DNA of 64,000 bases from Octopus vulgaris (GCA_951406725.2 OX597842.1:2108001-2172000), one strand, 5' to 3'. Positions 25,350 through 38,859 are shown, counted from the first letter of the stretch. The notes: generated by a model from the sequence alone, not told the origin. Numbers and translations are program-made.

Positions 25350-26187
25350 ACCTGTCATATCTCTCTATCTATCTATCTATCAATTTATCTCTCTCTACAT
25401 CTATCTATCTATCTATCTATCTATCTATTTATCTATCTATCTCTATCTGTCTATCTATCTGTCTCTCTCTCTCTATATATATATCTGTCTATCTATCTAT
25501 CTATCTACCTATCTATCTATCTTTCTATCTCTCTCTCTCTATCTATCTCTCTACATCTCTCTCTCTATCTATCTATCTATCTGTCTATCTCTCTCTTTAT
25601 CTATCTCTCTATCAATTTATCTATCTATCTGTTTTTCTCTCTCTCTATCTACCTATCTAGTTATCTCTCTGTGTGTCTATCTATCTTTCTTTCTTTCTCT
25701 CTCACTCTATCTATCTATCTTTCTATGTCTCCATCTTTCTCTCTGTCTTTTCCCTCTATCTATATATATATTTTCCATCTGTCTGTCTGTCCACCCATCC
25801 GTCAGTCTGTCTATTCTTCTGCCTGTTTATATATTTATCTGTCTATCAATCTGTCAGTCTCTCTCTCTCTCTGTCTCTCCATCCATCCACCCTGTCAGTC
25901 TGTCTTCCTGTCTGTCACTCTTTCTCTCTAAATGCCTCTATATCTATTTGCCTGTACCTTCACAGCCACTATCACCACCACCACCACCACCCTCAGTCCC
26001 CTCATCAATCACCTCAATAACCACCATACACCATGCCCACCACCACCACTACCATTTCCACAAACCCCACAGCAAAAACAACAACAATAAGTACAATGTC
26101 TCAAGTGCAACTATAATGCAGCTAAAATGCATCAGAGAAGCAATTAACCACACCCGTACATAGATGTGTATATATTCATGTATTGAC

Positions 26188-26219
<32 letters not shown>

Positions 26220-26567
26220 GTATACATACACATACACACACACTCACACATATACATATGTATATCTATGAATGAATATATGTGTGTGTATTCATTTACA
26301 TACATCCCAATTGTATGTGAGTGTATGTTTATTGTGTATATATATATATATATATTCATATTTAATCATATTTATATTTTCATACATATATGTATGTATT
26401 TATTTTTACATATAATATATATATTTTTATATAAGTATATATTTATATATATGTATATATTTATATATATGTATATATATATTTATATATATAATGTATA
26501 TATTTATATATGTATATATATGTATATATTTATATATATGTGTATATATTTTTATTTGTATATATAT

Positions 26568-26602
<35 letters not shown>

Positions 26603-26759
26603 ATACATGTATATTTATATATTATGAATATATATATGTATATATATATATGTTTATTTATATATTTATGAATATATATATTTATATATGCTCATATATA
26701 TATATGCACATATATGTATATACCTACATTTTTACATATATGAATATACACACATATGC

Positions 26760-26820
<61 letters not shown>

Positions 26821-26915
26821 TATATATACATATATATGCACATATATGTATATATATATATACTGTATATATATAGATAGATAGATATAGATATACACAC
26901 ACACACATATATGTA
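25350..26915. repeat. (CTAT)n/(CT)n field followed by a (TA)-rich field
   Basis: Directly visible. Confidence 0.9.
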
Positions 26916-27385
26916 CATATATATATGTAAATGAAGAGGTGTATGGAAAGGGGGAGAGAGAGGGAGTCTGAGTGTGTGTGTGTGCATCTCATTGCATTCC
27001 TCCACAGCAGGTACCGGCACCGTTCACTGATGCAATGCAGCTAAACTCAACTAATGCGCCTGTGCAACACAATGCAAATGCGGGAAGGAAATCGGGCACA
27101 GTGTGTAGGAGGGTAGGAAGGGGGTGTGCATCAACAGCATGCATGCAGGTTAGTGCGCTGTGCATGAAGGTGCGTTATCGAGGTACGCTGGGTGGGATGG
27201 CGGTGGTTGAGGGGCGGGTGTGTGGGTGACAGTATCACACCTTTGTATCATCAGTGGTAATTTGTAAAGAAAATTATGTTAACGAGGGGAAGCAATTAAT
27301 TAGAACAGGTGTCATCTGAGTGACGGTATGGTGGATGTGAGTGTGGGTATGTGCATGTGTATGTGTATATTTATGAATATACGCA

Positions 27386-27430
<45 letters not shown>

Positions 27431-27783
27431 GTACCCATAATTTCACGCTCATCTATGTGTGTGCGTGTGTATATATATATACACACATCTATGTGTGTGC
27501 GTGTGTATATATATATATGGGTATTTTGTGTGTGTGTGCATGAATATATACATATACATGTTCATACACATATAAATATGTATGTTTGTGTATATATACA
27601 CACACACACACACATACATACACACACACACACCTATAAGTTTGTTTCCCAACCACATGGTTCCAGGTTCAGTCTCACTGTGTCACACATTGGGTGAGTG
27701 TCTTATATGGCTTCAGGTCAACCAAAGCTTTGTGAATTGTATTTGGTTGATGGAAACTGAAAAAAGCCCATCGTCTATATATA

Positions 27784-28510
27784 CAGGGATTCCCCGACTT
27801 GCGCGAGTTCAACTTGCGTGAAATCCAACTTGCGTGAAATCCAACTTGCGTGAAATCCAACTTGCACGAGCCAACTTTTGATCATCATCATCATTGTTCG
27901 ACCGCGGTCGGGACAATGGAATTTACCATGCTACGCCAGACTTCACAGTCCATCATAGCATTACGGAGGTCCTGTTGCTGGATGCCTGTATCCCTGGAGA
28001 TTACATCAGGGTAGGAGAGTGTGCACCCTCTGGTATTGCGAGTAGATGGCTTCCAGAGGAGAAGAGTAGAAATTACTTCTTTTTCAGCTCTACAACAATG
28101 TCCAGCAAACTGGACTCTCCTACCTTTCACAAGAGATGACACAGGTGGTAGTTTCCCATATATTTGTACTTTGGTTGGATGGCGCTTCCACGAGAGATTT
28201 TGAGCTCTCATAAGGAGGCGAGTGTAGGTTCCATGTGGTTGGCAAAATTTTGATACCGAGTGTTCAGGTTGCGCAAGTTGTATTCTCGACTTGCGCTTGT
28301 TGTATTCGTACAAAGCAGTCACCAGTAAAAGATTTTTGGTTTCAAATAGAAAGAAAGTTCATTCAATACTTTCTCCAAGTGTTTCTTTAATATAACAATA
28401 TTTAGCAGGTATCTCGGAAAATATTTATAGAAAACAATATCTGGTACTCGACTTGCGCGAATTTCGAATTGTGCATCCCCCAATTACTTGCATAAGTTGA
28501 GGAATCCCTG
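27784..28510. mobile_element. TA-flanked MITE (Tc1/mariner-pogo type) inserted in the microsatellite of a SINE A (27630-28750)
   Basis: TA|CAGGGATTCCCCGACTTGCGCGAGT ... ACTTGCATAAGTTGAGGAATCCCTG|TA form imperfect 25-bp TIRs. A subterminal 16-bp tandem unit CAACTTGCGTGAAATC occurs 3 or more times. Confidence 0.85.
27880..28235 (-). mobile_element. RTE-group LINE 3' fragment nested in the MITE
   Basis: GTYTRLLMRAQNLSWKRHPT...RRVQFAGHCCR...LLLW...MMDCEVWRSMV...EQ* followed by a (TGA)n tail. Confidence 0.8.
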
Positions 28511-28814
28511 TATATATATATGCATGAATGTATGTATATTTCTATGTGTGTCTTTGTGCCTGTGTTTATCCCTCCATCATTGCTTGACAACCGGTGTTGG
28601 TGTGTTTATATCCCCTTAAGTTTGTGGTTTGGCAAAAGGGACTGGCAGACTTAGTACCAGTCTTTAAAAAATGTAAGTCCAGGAGTTGATTTGTTTGACA
28701 ATAACCCTTCAGATCAGTGCTCCAGCTTGGCTGCAGTGAAATGACTCAAATAAATATGGAGGAAAAAAAACAATAGAAAAGAAACTGGTATTTATCTCTC
28801 TCTTTCTCTCACTT

Positions 28815-28863
<49 letters not shown>

Positions 28864-28904
28864 TTGCATAGCTAGTGACCTGATCTGAGCTCATGTGCTG
28901 GAAT

Positions 28905-29122
28905 GAAAACAATTAAAGCGTGGAAGGTGTTTATAAGCCATTTAAAAAAAACACAAAAACTGTTACTTTCTCAGATGCAGTATGGAATTTTGTCAGTGAA
29001 CAGGTTGCGGTCTCAAAGTGACAAAAATATTTTGACAGATTAAATCTAAATGTTGAAGTGAATCTAACGGTTTTTGTGTGTTTTTAAATGGCTTATAAAC
29101 ACCTTCCATAATGCAATTGTTT
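28905..29122. repeat. About 57-bp inverted repeat inside a TA-embedded cassette
   Basis: aacaatt...tggaaggtgtttataagccatttaaaaa...cacaaaaactgtta (28908-28966) is mirrored at 29066-29121. Confidence 0.8.
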
Positions 29123-29140
29123 ATATATATATATCGGTTG

Positions 29141-29187
<47 letters not shown>

Positions 29188-29221
29188 GTATATATACATA
29201 TATATATATATGTATATATAC

Positions 29222-29620
29222 ATTATTCTTCATCAGCATTTAATGTTTGTTTTCCACGCTGATATGGGTTAGATGACTTGATAGGAACCACGTTCTCTAG
29301 TCTATTGTGGCATGGTTTCTATGGCTGGATGTCCTTCTATATACCAGCCCCATCACAGTGTACTGGCTGCTTTTTATGTGGCACTAAGTACAAGAATTTT
29401 TTACATGGCACTGGCATGCACATCAGTTCTTTTGTAGTGGGACCTTGGTTTTAGGATGTCAGTCCTGTTGTGGTGGGCAGGTTTTCTTATGTGCAGCAAT
29501 ACGCCAATTATATCCAGGTTCTCTGTCATCTCCTTTGTAAGGTTCAGTGTTTTGAGATCCACCTTGAATATTTCATTCCATGTCTTCCTGGCTCTCCCTC
29601 TTCCACAACTTCCCTCTAAT
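29222..29620 (-). mobile_element. Diverged RTE LINE 3' end
   Basis: LEGSCGRGRARKTWNEIFKVDLKTLNLTKEMTEN plus the family 3' UTR. Confidence 0.75.
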
Positions 29621-29831
29621 ACACACACACATGTATATATATATACAAACACACACACACACGCATAAATAAAGATATTTCTAAATTTTCAGTGCTCTTG
29701 TGGCTTTTATGAGTATTTTTCGATTTATTTCTAGTACACTTAATTATATATAGAGTGTAAGTACCTTGAGAGAAAAGTTGGACCTAAGAAGCATCAGTTG
29801 TAGTGTACAAGAGAGACGATTGCGCTGGTAT

Positions 29832-30232
29832 ACTCTTTTACTTGTTTCAGTCATTTGACTGTGGCCATGCTGGAGCACCGCCTTTAGTCGAGCAAATCAA
29901 CCCCAGGACTTATTCTTTGTAAGCCTAGTACTTATTCTATCGGTCCTATTGCCAAACCGCTACATTATGGGGACGTAAACACACCAGCATTGGTTGTCAA
30001 GCAATGTTGGGGGGACAAACAGAGACACACAAACATATGCACACACATACATATATATACACATATATACGACAGGCTTCTTTCAGTTTCCATCTACCAA
30101 ATCCATTCACAAGGCTTTGGTCAGCCCGAGGCTATAGTAGAAGACACTTGCCCAAGGTGCCACACAGTTGGACTGAACCCAGAACCATATGGTTGGTAAG
30201 CAAGCTACTTACCACACAGCCACTCCTATGCC
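29832..30232 (-). mobile_element. SINE family A
   Basis: Full-length reverse copy. Confidence 0.9.
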
Positions 30233-30955
30233 TGGTATGGTAATGTTGTGAGAATGGATGAAGATAGTTGTGTGAAAAAGTGCCACACCCTAGCGGTTGA
30301 GAGAACCTGTGGAAGGGATAGACCCAGGAAAACCTGGGACGAGGTGGTGAAGCACGACCTTCAAACATTAGGTCTCACCGAGGCAATGACTAATGACCGA
30401 GACATTTGGAAGTATGCTGTGCGTGAGAAGACCCGGCAGGACAAGTGAGACCATAACCCATGGCCTCTACCTGTCCACTTATGTATACCTTTCCTTCTTG
30501 AGAGATGACAGAGGACCTTTCCTAGCCAGTCCACTTATGTATACCTTTCCTTCTTGGGACACAAAACTCTACTTGCGAAGACCTGTTGATGCAAGTGAAA
30601 TCGATCAAAAATCAATGGAAATTGTAGTTGTGATACCAGTTCCGGTGGCACGTAAAAGAACCATCTGAACGTGACCGTTGCCAGTGCCGCCTCAAATGGC
30701 CTCCGTGCTGATGGCATGTAAAAATTTCCAACCGATTGTGGCCATTGCCAGCTTCGCCTGGCACCTATGCCGGTGGTACGTAAAAACCACCCACTACACT
30801 CATGGAGTGGTTTGCATTAGGAAGGGCATCCAGCTATAGAAACACTGCCAGATCAAACTGAGTCTGGTGCAGCCTCCTGGCTTCCCAGACCCCAGTCGAA
30901 CCATCCAACCCATGCTAGCATGGAAAGCGGACGTTAAACGATGATGATGATGATA
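30233..30955 (+). mobile_element. RTE-clade LINE: ORF C-terminus plus 3' UTR and (GAT)n tail
   Basis: WYGNVVRMDEDSCVKKCHTLAVERTCGRDRPRKTWDEVVKHDL...DRDIWKYAVREKTRQDK*, then a UTR with GGTGGCACGTAAAA subrepeats. Confidence 0.85.
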
Positions 30956-30957
30956 TA

Positions 30958-31385
30958 TGGCATGGCCATGTGCTAAGAAGTTTGCTTCCCAACCACATGG
31001 TTCTGAGTTCAGTCCCACTGCGTGGCACCTTGGGCAAGTGTCTTCTACTATAGCCTCGCGCCAACCAAAGCCTAATGAGTGGATTTGGTAGATGGAAACT
31101 GAAAGAAGCCCATGATATGTATATATGTATATATATATATGTATATATATTTATGTATGTATGTCTTTGTGTCTATGTTTGTCCTTCCACCATCGCTTGA
31201 CAACTGATGTTGGTGTGTTTATGTCCCCATAACTTAGCGGTTTGGTAAAAGAGACTGATAGAATAAGTACTAGACCCACAAAGAATATGTCCTGGAGTTG
31301 ATTTTTTTTTACTAAAACCCTTTAAGGCGGTGCTCTAGCATGGCTGCAATGAAATGACTGAAACTGGTAAAAGAATACAAGAATA
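30958..31385 (+). mobile_element. SINE family A
   Basis: Family consensus. Confidence 0.85.
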
Positions 31386-31906
31386 TGCACACACTCACAT
31401 ATATACACACACGCACATAAACACACATACATGCATACACACACATACATAGACACATACATAGATACATTTACATACACATACATACACACAGATACAC
31501 ACATACATACACGCATACACATACATACATGCACACATACATACACACACACATGCAGACACACATACACGCACACATAGACACACACATACACACACAC
31601 ATGTACACACATACACACATACATACATGCACATTCATTCATACATACATACAGACACACATACACATATATACACACACATACACACACAAACATACAC
31701 ACACACAGACTTAAGAAATTGAAATGACAAGGGAATAAAAAATTGTCATGACCTTTATTAGCTTACAACTGTTTCGTATTCCCTTATCTAATTTCTTATG
31801 ACAAACTCTCTCCTCAACTGACACTTTCATATGAAGCATATTCAAATTGAGTTTTAATACCAGTTTATTAGTATCACTATGCAAAATGATAATAATAAAA
31901 ATATTA

Positions 31907-32306
31907 GGCGCAGGAGTGGCTGTGTGGTAAGTAGCTTGTTTACTAACCACATGGTTCCGGGTTCAGTCCCACTGCGTGGCACCTTGGTCAAGTGTCTTCT
32001 GCTATAGCCCCGGGCCGACCAACGCCTTGTGAGTGGATTTGGTAGACGGAAACTGAAAGAAGCCCGTCATATATATATATATATGCATGTGTGTGTTTGT
32101 GTGTCTGTGTTTGTCCCCGTAGCATTGCTTGACAACCGATGCTGGTGTGTTTATGTCCCCGTCACTTAGCGGTTCGGCAAAAGAGACCGATAGAATAAGT
32201 ACTGGGCTTACAAAAGAATAAGTCCCGGGGTCGAGTTGCTCGATTAAAGGCGGTGCTCCAGCATGGCCGCAGTCAAATGACTGAAACAAGTAAAAGAGTA
32301 AAGAGT
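31907..32306 (+). mobile_element. SINE family A, full length, low divergence
   Basis: GGCGCAGGAGTGGCTGTGTGG...GGTTCAGTCC...GAAACAAGTAAAAGAGTAAAGAG. This is the best reference copy. Confidence 0.92.
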
Positions 32307-32835
32307 ATTAATAATTGTAGTAGTAGTAGTAGTATTAGTAGTAGTAGTAGTAGTTATAATGATGATGGTGATATATCTTTGCATAATGTGGTGAAAATGT
32401 TTGAAAAAGACTCCTTGTGGTGAATTATGGAAAAAATCGGAAAGGAAAGTTCATTGAAATATGTATGTTGAAAGAAATATAATTATGAAATAACATTTGC
32501 ATAGTTGATTGGTTTGGCAATTAACCGAGTAGCACTCTTGCGTCTGATTGGTCAACGAGCTTCACCTGCTGAACACTGACAATACTCATTATCCATCATC
32601 AGCAAATGCATAAAACAAGCAACACAATATTCTTTTCTACTCTAGGCACAAGGCTCGAAAGTTTTTGAGGGGAGGGGGCCAATTGATTAGATCGACCCCA
32701 GTATGCAACTGGTACTTAATTTTTTGACCCTGAAAGGAGGACATTAACTGGTACTGTGTCTTTTCGTCTGATGAATTTTTTTGTCCATCAACAAATCCTA
32801 TCAGTGAAATACTCAATGATTATTTGATTTTGATA

Positions 32836-33248
32836 CTCTCTCTTTACTCTTTTACTTGTTTCAGTCATTTGACTGTGGCCATGCTGGAGCACCGCCTTTA
32901 GTCGAGCAAATCGACCCCGGGACTTATTCTTTGTAAGCCCAGTACTTATTCTATCGGTCTCTTTTACCGAACCGCTAAGTGACGGGGACGTAAACACACC
33001 AGCATCGGTTGTCAAGCAATGCTAGGGGGACAAACACAGACACACAAACACACACACACATACATATATATATATACATATATACGACGGGCTTCTTTCA
33101 GTTTCCGTCTACCAAATCCATTCACAAGGCATTGGTCGGCCCGGGGCTATAGCAGAAGACACTTGCCCAAGATGCCATGCAGTGGGACTGAACCCGGAAC
33201 CATGCGGTTGGTTAGCAAGCTACTTACCACACAGCCACTCCTGCGCCT
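32836..33248 (-). mobile_element. SINE family A, full length
   Basis: Reverse copy close to 31907-32306. Confidence 0.92.
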
Positions 33249-33479
33249 TCTTTGCGAAAGAATTTATTTAAAATTGGATAAAAAGTCGTTAGACAAAAAA
33301 GTTATCGGACAAAAAGATATGAACGAAGTGACGCTGGACAAATGACATTGGGTGACAAGTTGGTTCATGATATTAACCACTCTATAAACCCATTATATGT
33401 AACAACACTACATTGCTCATTTAGTGCAGTTTAGATATAATAATTAATGAATTTCGATAGAGATATGGTCCAGACCATA

Positions 33480-33890
33480 GCGCAGGAGTGGCTGTGTGGT
33501 AAATAGCTTGTTTACCAACCACATAGTTCTGGGTTCTGTCCCACTGCGTGGCACCTTGGGCAAGTGTCTTCTACTATAGCCTCGGGTCGACCAAAGCTTT
33601 GCGAGTGGATTTGGTAGACGGAAACTGAAAGAAGCCCGTCGTATATATGTATAAATAAATATGTGTGTGTGTGTGTGTTTGTGTGTCTGTGTTTGTCCCC
33701 CTAGCATTGCTTGACAACCGATGCTGGTGTGTTTATGTCCCCGTTACTTAACGGTTTGGCAAAAGAGACCGATAGAATAAGTACTGGGCTTACAAAAGAA
33801 TAAGTCCCGGGGTCGAGTTGCTTGATTAAAAGTGGTGCTCCAGCATGGCCACAGTCAAATGACTGAAACAAGTAAAAGAGTAAAAGAGTA
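33480..33890 (+). mobile_element. SINE family A, full length
   Basis: Family consensus. Confidence 0.92.
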
Positions 33891-34461
33891 GACCTTGTTA
33901 CTAACATGGTTAATAATTTGCTCAATAACATATTATGTTACATAATTATATAACTGCACCATTTCATCAGATAGGTTTTTACAACTGACAGCTGTCAAAC
34001 ACGTATAAACGACAAGTATCTATATATTTTGAAATATATGAAAGCTGTCAAGAAAATGCTTGTTTTTTAGATTTATAAAAACAAAATTCATGTGAACGAT
34101 AAGAGTAAAAATGACTGTTTCAAGTTCATTTTGTTGTTTCAATTCTTTTTGCAGTTTCATGTGAATACTCTGGACATCTTTTCTCTCTTTTACTTAACAC
34201 GGCATTCTTGATACAAACCTCATGACATTCTCTCATAAAACTGTTGTTGTTTATGCCTTAAAAATAAAAAGCCAGTGCTTTTGTATGCACTTTGAAACCA
34301 ATGCTTTTTCTTAAAACCAAGTCTTATATCAGCAAGGCTGATACATTTACAGAGGATACTTAACTCCATGGAAACACTCTGCTGGTAATTCTGTTCTTTT
34401 TTCTTTCCCGCCCATTATTTTCTTGAGAGAAAATCCTTAATTTTTTTGTTCAGACAGAAGT

Positions 34462-34879
34462 TACTCTTTACTCTTTTTTTACTCTTTTTACTTGTTTCAG
34501 TCATTTGACTGTGGCCATGCTGGAGCACCGCCTTTAATTGAGCAACTCGACCCCGGGACTTATTCTTTTTTGTAAGCCCAGTACTTATTCTATCAGTCTC
34601 TTTTGCCAAGCCGCTAAGTAACGGGGACATAAACGCACCAGCATCGGTTGTCAAGCAATGCTAGGAGGACAAACACAGACACACAAACACACACACGCAT
34701 ATATATACATATATATGATGGGCTTCTTTCAGTTTCCGTCTACCAAATCCACTCACAAGGCTTTGGTCGGCCCAAGGCTATAGTAGAAGACACTTGCCCA
34801 AGGTGCCAGGCTGTGGGACTGAACCCGGAACCATGTGGTTGGTAAACAAGCTACTTACCACACAGCCACTCCTGCGCCT
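34462..34879 (-). mobile_element. SINE family A, full length
   Basis: Reverse copy. Confidence 0.92.
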
Positions 34880-35091
34880 ATGCATTTTCAATATGTAACT
34901 GCTGTTTCTGTAAGACATTGTGCCTTCTCAACCATTGATCGGAGCTAGTTTTCAATTAATGGGGACACGTTTCACATAAGAACCATATAAATTTAGACAA
35001 AGAGGTAGCACTTTTTTTTAAAATCAGAGCTTGCAATAAATGATTGTTTTCACAGTATTTATGCTTTGAGTGTGAATTCAGTTAGCCCAAC

Positions 35092-35139
<48 letters not shown>

Positions 35140-35177
35140 GAAAGAATGGAGTTGAACGACTAGTTAACAAATATCCT

Positions 35178-35265
35178 TTATTCTCGACATATGTTTCGAA
35201 GGCTGCATATTCCTAATTCCGAAGGAATAAGGAGTACATTATGCAGATTTCTCATCAGGATAACC
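35178..35265 (-). ncRNA. Type I hammerhead ribozyme with extended stem II and a canonical core
   Basis: TTATC-CTGATGA-GAA.CTGCATA...TCCT.ATTCC-TTC-GGAAT.AGGA.TATGCAG..TTC-GAAA-CATATG-TC-GA. It has the G10.1-C11.1 pair, palindromic ACATATGT and a GUC site. Confidence 0.75.
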
Positions 35266-35574
35266 CAGGTATCGGTTATCTTTCGAATTATCCTTAATAA
35301 GATAATTCATTCAACTACTCAAATATATATATATTCATACATACATACATTTTAGGTACTATTATCCTAATGTGTCCATCTGTTTTAATTTAATTTAATT
35401 CTATGTATTTATGCAGCTGAGGATTGCTCTGCATTTAAATTGATGTAATGATTGCATTGTTCAATTAAATGGAGTTGCTTGAGACGATTGTACTGCATTA
35501 CCTCTGGTTATCCTGTTGCTTATTTTGATTTATACATACATGCATATAGATGTATATAAAAGGCTTATTTTGCA

Positions 35575-35920
35575 GCTTTGAGATATCAAATATGTGATTT
35601 TGTATTTTTAGAATGATACTGTAGGATAAGTGTAAGAAGCCAAATATGGTCAGTTTGAACATAGAACATGAAGAATATCTGGGCTGGACACGACCAGTTT
35701 AACCCTTTAGCATCCAAATTATTCTGTCAAATGTAATGCTTATATATTCAAATTGTTTTGAATTAATCATGCATTATCTAATAGTTTTGAGATTATGATG
35801 ATGTGATTGTTTACTTTTAGAATGACAGTGTAGAATAGGTATGAAAGGCCAGATCTGACCAGTTTAAACATGAAACAGGTAGAATATTTGTGCCAGATTT
35901 GGCCGGTGTAAAATGTTAAA
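35575..35920 (+). mobile_element. One and a half tandem copies of a ~220-bp TTAA-CCC-starting MITE-like element
   Basis: 35575-35700 repeats the 3' half of 35699-35920. The latter starts TTAACCCTTTAGCAT and ends in a decayed complement (AATGTTAAAAG). A piggyBac-like origin is inferred. Confidence 0.5.
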
Positions 35921-36127
35921 AGCCCTCAGTCCACAAGAACCGCTTTCCTCTTTGACCTCTTAAATCAACTCTCAGACATTGCTGTCCTTCTGGTTTTGTT
36001 TGAGAGAATTCTGAAACCTGTTGCCCCCTTCTATCTAGGCCCTTTTTAAAAATCTCAAGACATCCAAATAACATCACCATGTTGCTTTTCCACAACAATG
36101 TTTCTTCTTTCTTCTGCAAAATGTTTT

Positions 36128-36490
36128 GGCCATGTGTGGTAAGTAGCTTGCTTACGAACCACATGGTTCTAGGTTCAATCCCACTATGTGGCACCTTGGG
36201 CAAGTGTTTTCTACTAAAGCCTCTTGGGATGACCAAAGCCTTATGAGTGGATTTGGTAGACAGAAACTGAAATATATATGTGTGCGTGTTTGTGTGTCTG
36301 TGTTTGTCCCCCCAACATCGCTTGATGACTGATGCTGGTGTGTTTACGTCCCCATAACTTAGTGGTTCAGCAAAAGAGACCAATAGAATAAGTACTAGGC
36401 TTACAAAGAATGAGTCCTGGGATGAATTTGTTTGATTAAAAGGCGATGCTCCAGCATGGCCGCAGTCAAATGACTGAAGCAAATAAAAGA
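36128..36490 (+). mobile_element. SINE family A
   Basis: Family consensus. Confidence 0.85.
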
Positions 36491-36789
36491 ATTACAATGT
36501 CTTGGACAAAGGTAAAGCAAACAGACAATAACATGGCCGGGTGGTTAAGACGCTCACTTGCGTGGCACATTGGGCAAATGTCCTCTACTATAAATCCAAG
36601 CCAATCAATTTTGTACACAGAGATTGTGTACCAGACCAAAATATCCTCCCTGTTTTATGTTTGCACTGGCCAGATCCAGCCTCTCACATCTCACCTGCTT
36701 TTGGTTTAAACTTTTCCTGCTTTCATGGACATTCTTTATACAAATTTACTCTCATGAAAGACTATATTTTATAGGATTCTAACTATAAT

Positions 36790-37685
36790 AGTAGGGTGTG
36801 ATTCGAGGAAGATTTCACTGCTATTTCTAACAGTTGTAGCTTCCATACTGAGGTCTCCCTCATTGGTTCATACATATGTATATATATAAATACATAAGAT
36901 ATTGCGTTGTTATTTGAAGGTTTGACTGCTATTTCAACCAGTTTTAACTACCATGTAGAGGTCTCACTCATTGGCTCATACATACATATATACATAGATA
37001 AGGCAGTAGAGTGTGATTTGAGGGAGATTTGGCTGTTATTTCTACCAGGTCTAACTGCCATGTAGAGGTCTCCCACATTGGCTCATACATACATATATCC
37101 ATAGATAAGAGAGTAGGGTGTGATTTGAGGGAGATTTGGCTGCTATTTCTACCAGGTAGAGGTCTCCTTCATTGCCTCATACATACATATATACATAGAT
37201 AAGACAGTAGGGTATGATTTGAGGGACATTTGGCAGCTATTTCTACCAGGTCTAGCTGCCATTTAGAGGTCTCCCACATTGGCTCAAACATAAATACATA
37301 GATAAGACAGTAAGGTGTGATTTGAGGGAGATTTGGCTGCTATTTCTACCAGGTCTAGCTACCATGTAAAGGTCTCCCTGACTGGCTCATACATACATGT
37401 ATACATACAGAAGATGGGAGGGTGTGATTTGAGGGAGATTTGGCTGCTATTTCTACCAGGTCTAGCTACCATGTAGAGGTCTCCTTCATTGCCTCATACA
37501 TACATATATATACATAGATAAGACAGTAAGGTATGATTTGAGGGACATTTGGTTGCTATTTCTACCAGTTCTAGTTGCCATGTAGAAGTCTCCCACATTG
37601 GCTCATACATACATATATACATACATAAAACTATAAGATCTGATCTGAGGAAGATTTGGCTGCTCTTTCTGTCAGAGGTTTCCCT
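36790..37685 (+). repeat. Minisatellite, about 8.5 copies of a ~105-bp unit
   Basis: Unit agtagggtgtgatttgagggagatttggctgctatttctaccaggtctagct.ccatgtagaggtctccc.cattggctcatacatacat...gataagac. Confidence 0.9.
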
Positions 37686-37945
37686 GTTATATTGTTAATA
37701 GCATCATCAGCATTGACATGAGCAGCAATCAATGTTAGTTCAGACAATGAGGGGTGAGGAGCATGTATAGCTTTGCGGATGTGGTGTGGAGTGGCTTTGT
37801 GGAGGAGGGGTGGGCATGGCGTGTGGTCGGGAGCGGGGGGTGTGTGTGCAGCAAATAACATTTGAAAGGTTTCCGCTTGGAGTTTTGTCTTTCCACGGTG
37901 TGGAAACCCATTTCACACTCTTGTACGTACATATGCCAATACACA

Positions 37946-37986
<41 letters not shown>

Positions 37987-38036
37987 TATATATACGTACA
38001 TATATTTATATATAAGCACAATTATCTATGTATCCT

Positions 38037-38070
<34 letters not shown>

Positions 38071-38149
38071 ACAAGCACATATAGATACACACACACACAC
38101 ATATATATATACACCTACACATGTACATGTATATATAAACTTATATACA

Positions 38150-38790
<641 letters not shown>

Positions 38791-38859
38791 TACACACACA
38801 CACACACACACACACACCAATTGATACATAGATACATACATATATACAAATATTTGCAT

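Noticed and set aside
27011-27229. cag|GTACCGGCACCG (VPAP...) as the next STPG2 exon
   Set aside because: It lacks the G.Y that follows P.P in SHIPPO repeats and any F...R motif, so the match is probably chance.
27891-28322. 143-aa ORF as a host gene
   Set aside because: It is a LINE C-terminal fragment fused to MITE sequence.
32500-32560. Paired inverted CCAAT boxes as a promoter
   Set aside because: There is no associated exon or other support, and the motif is short and common.
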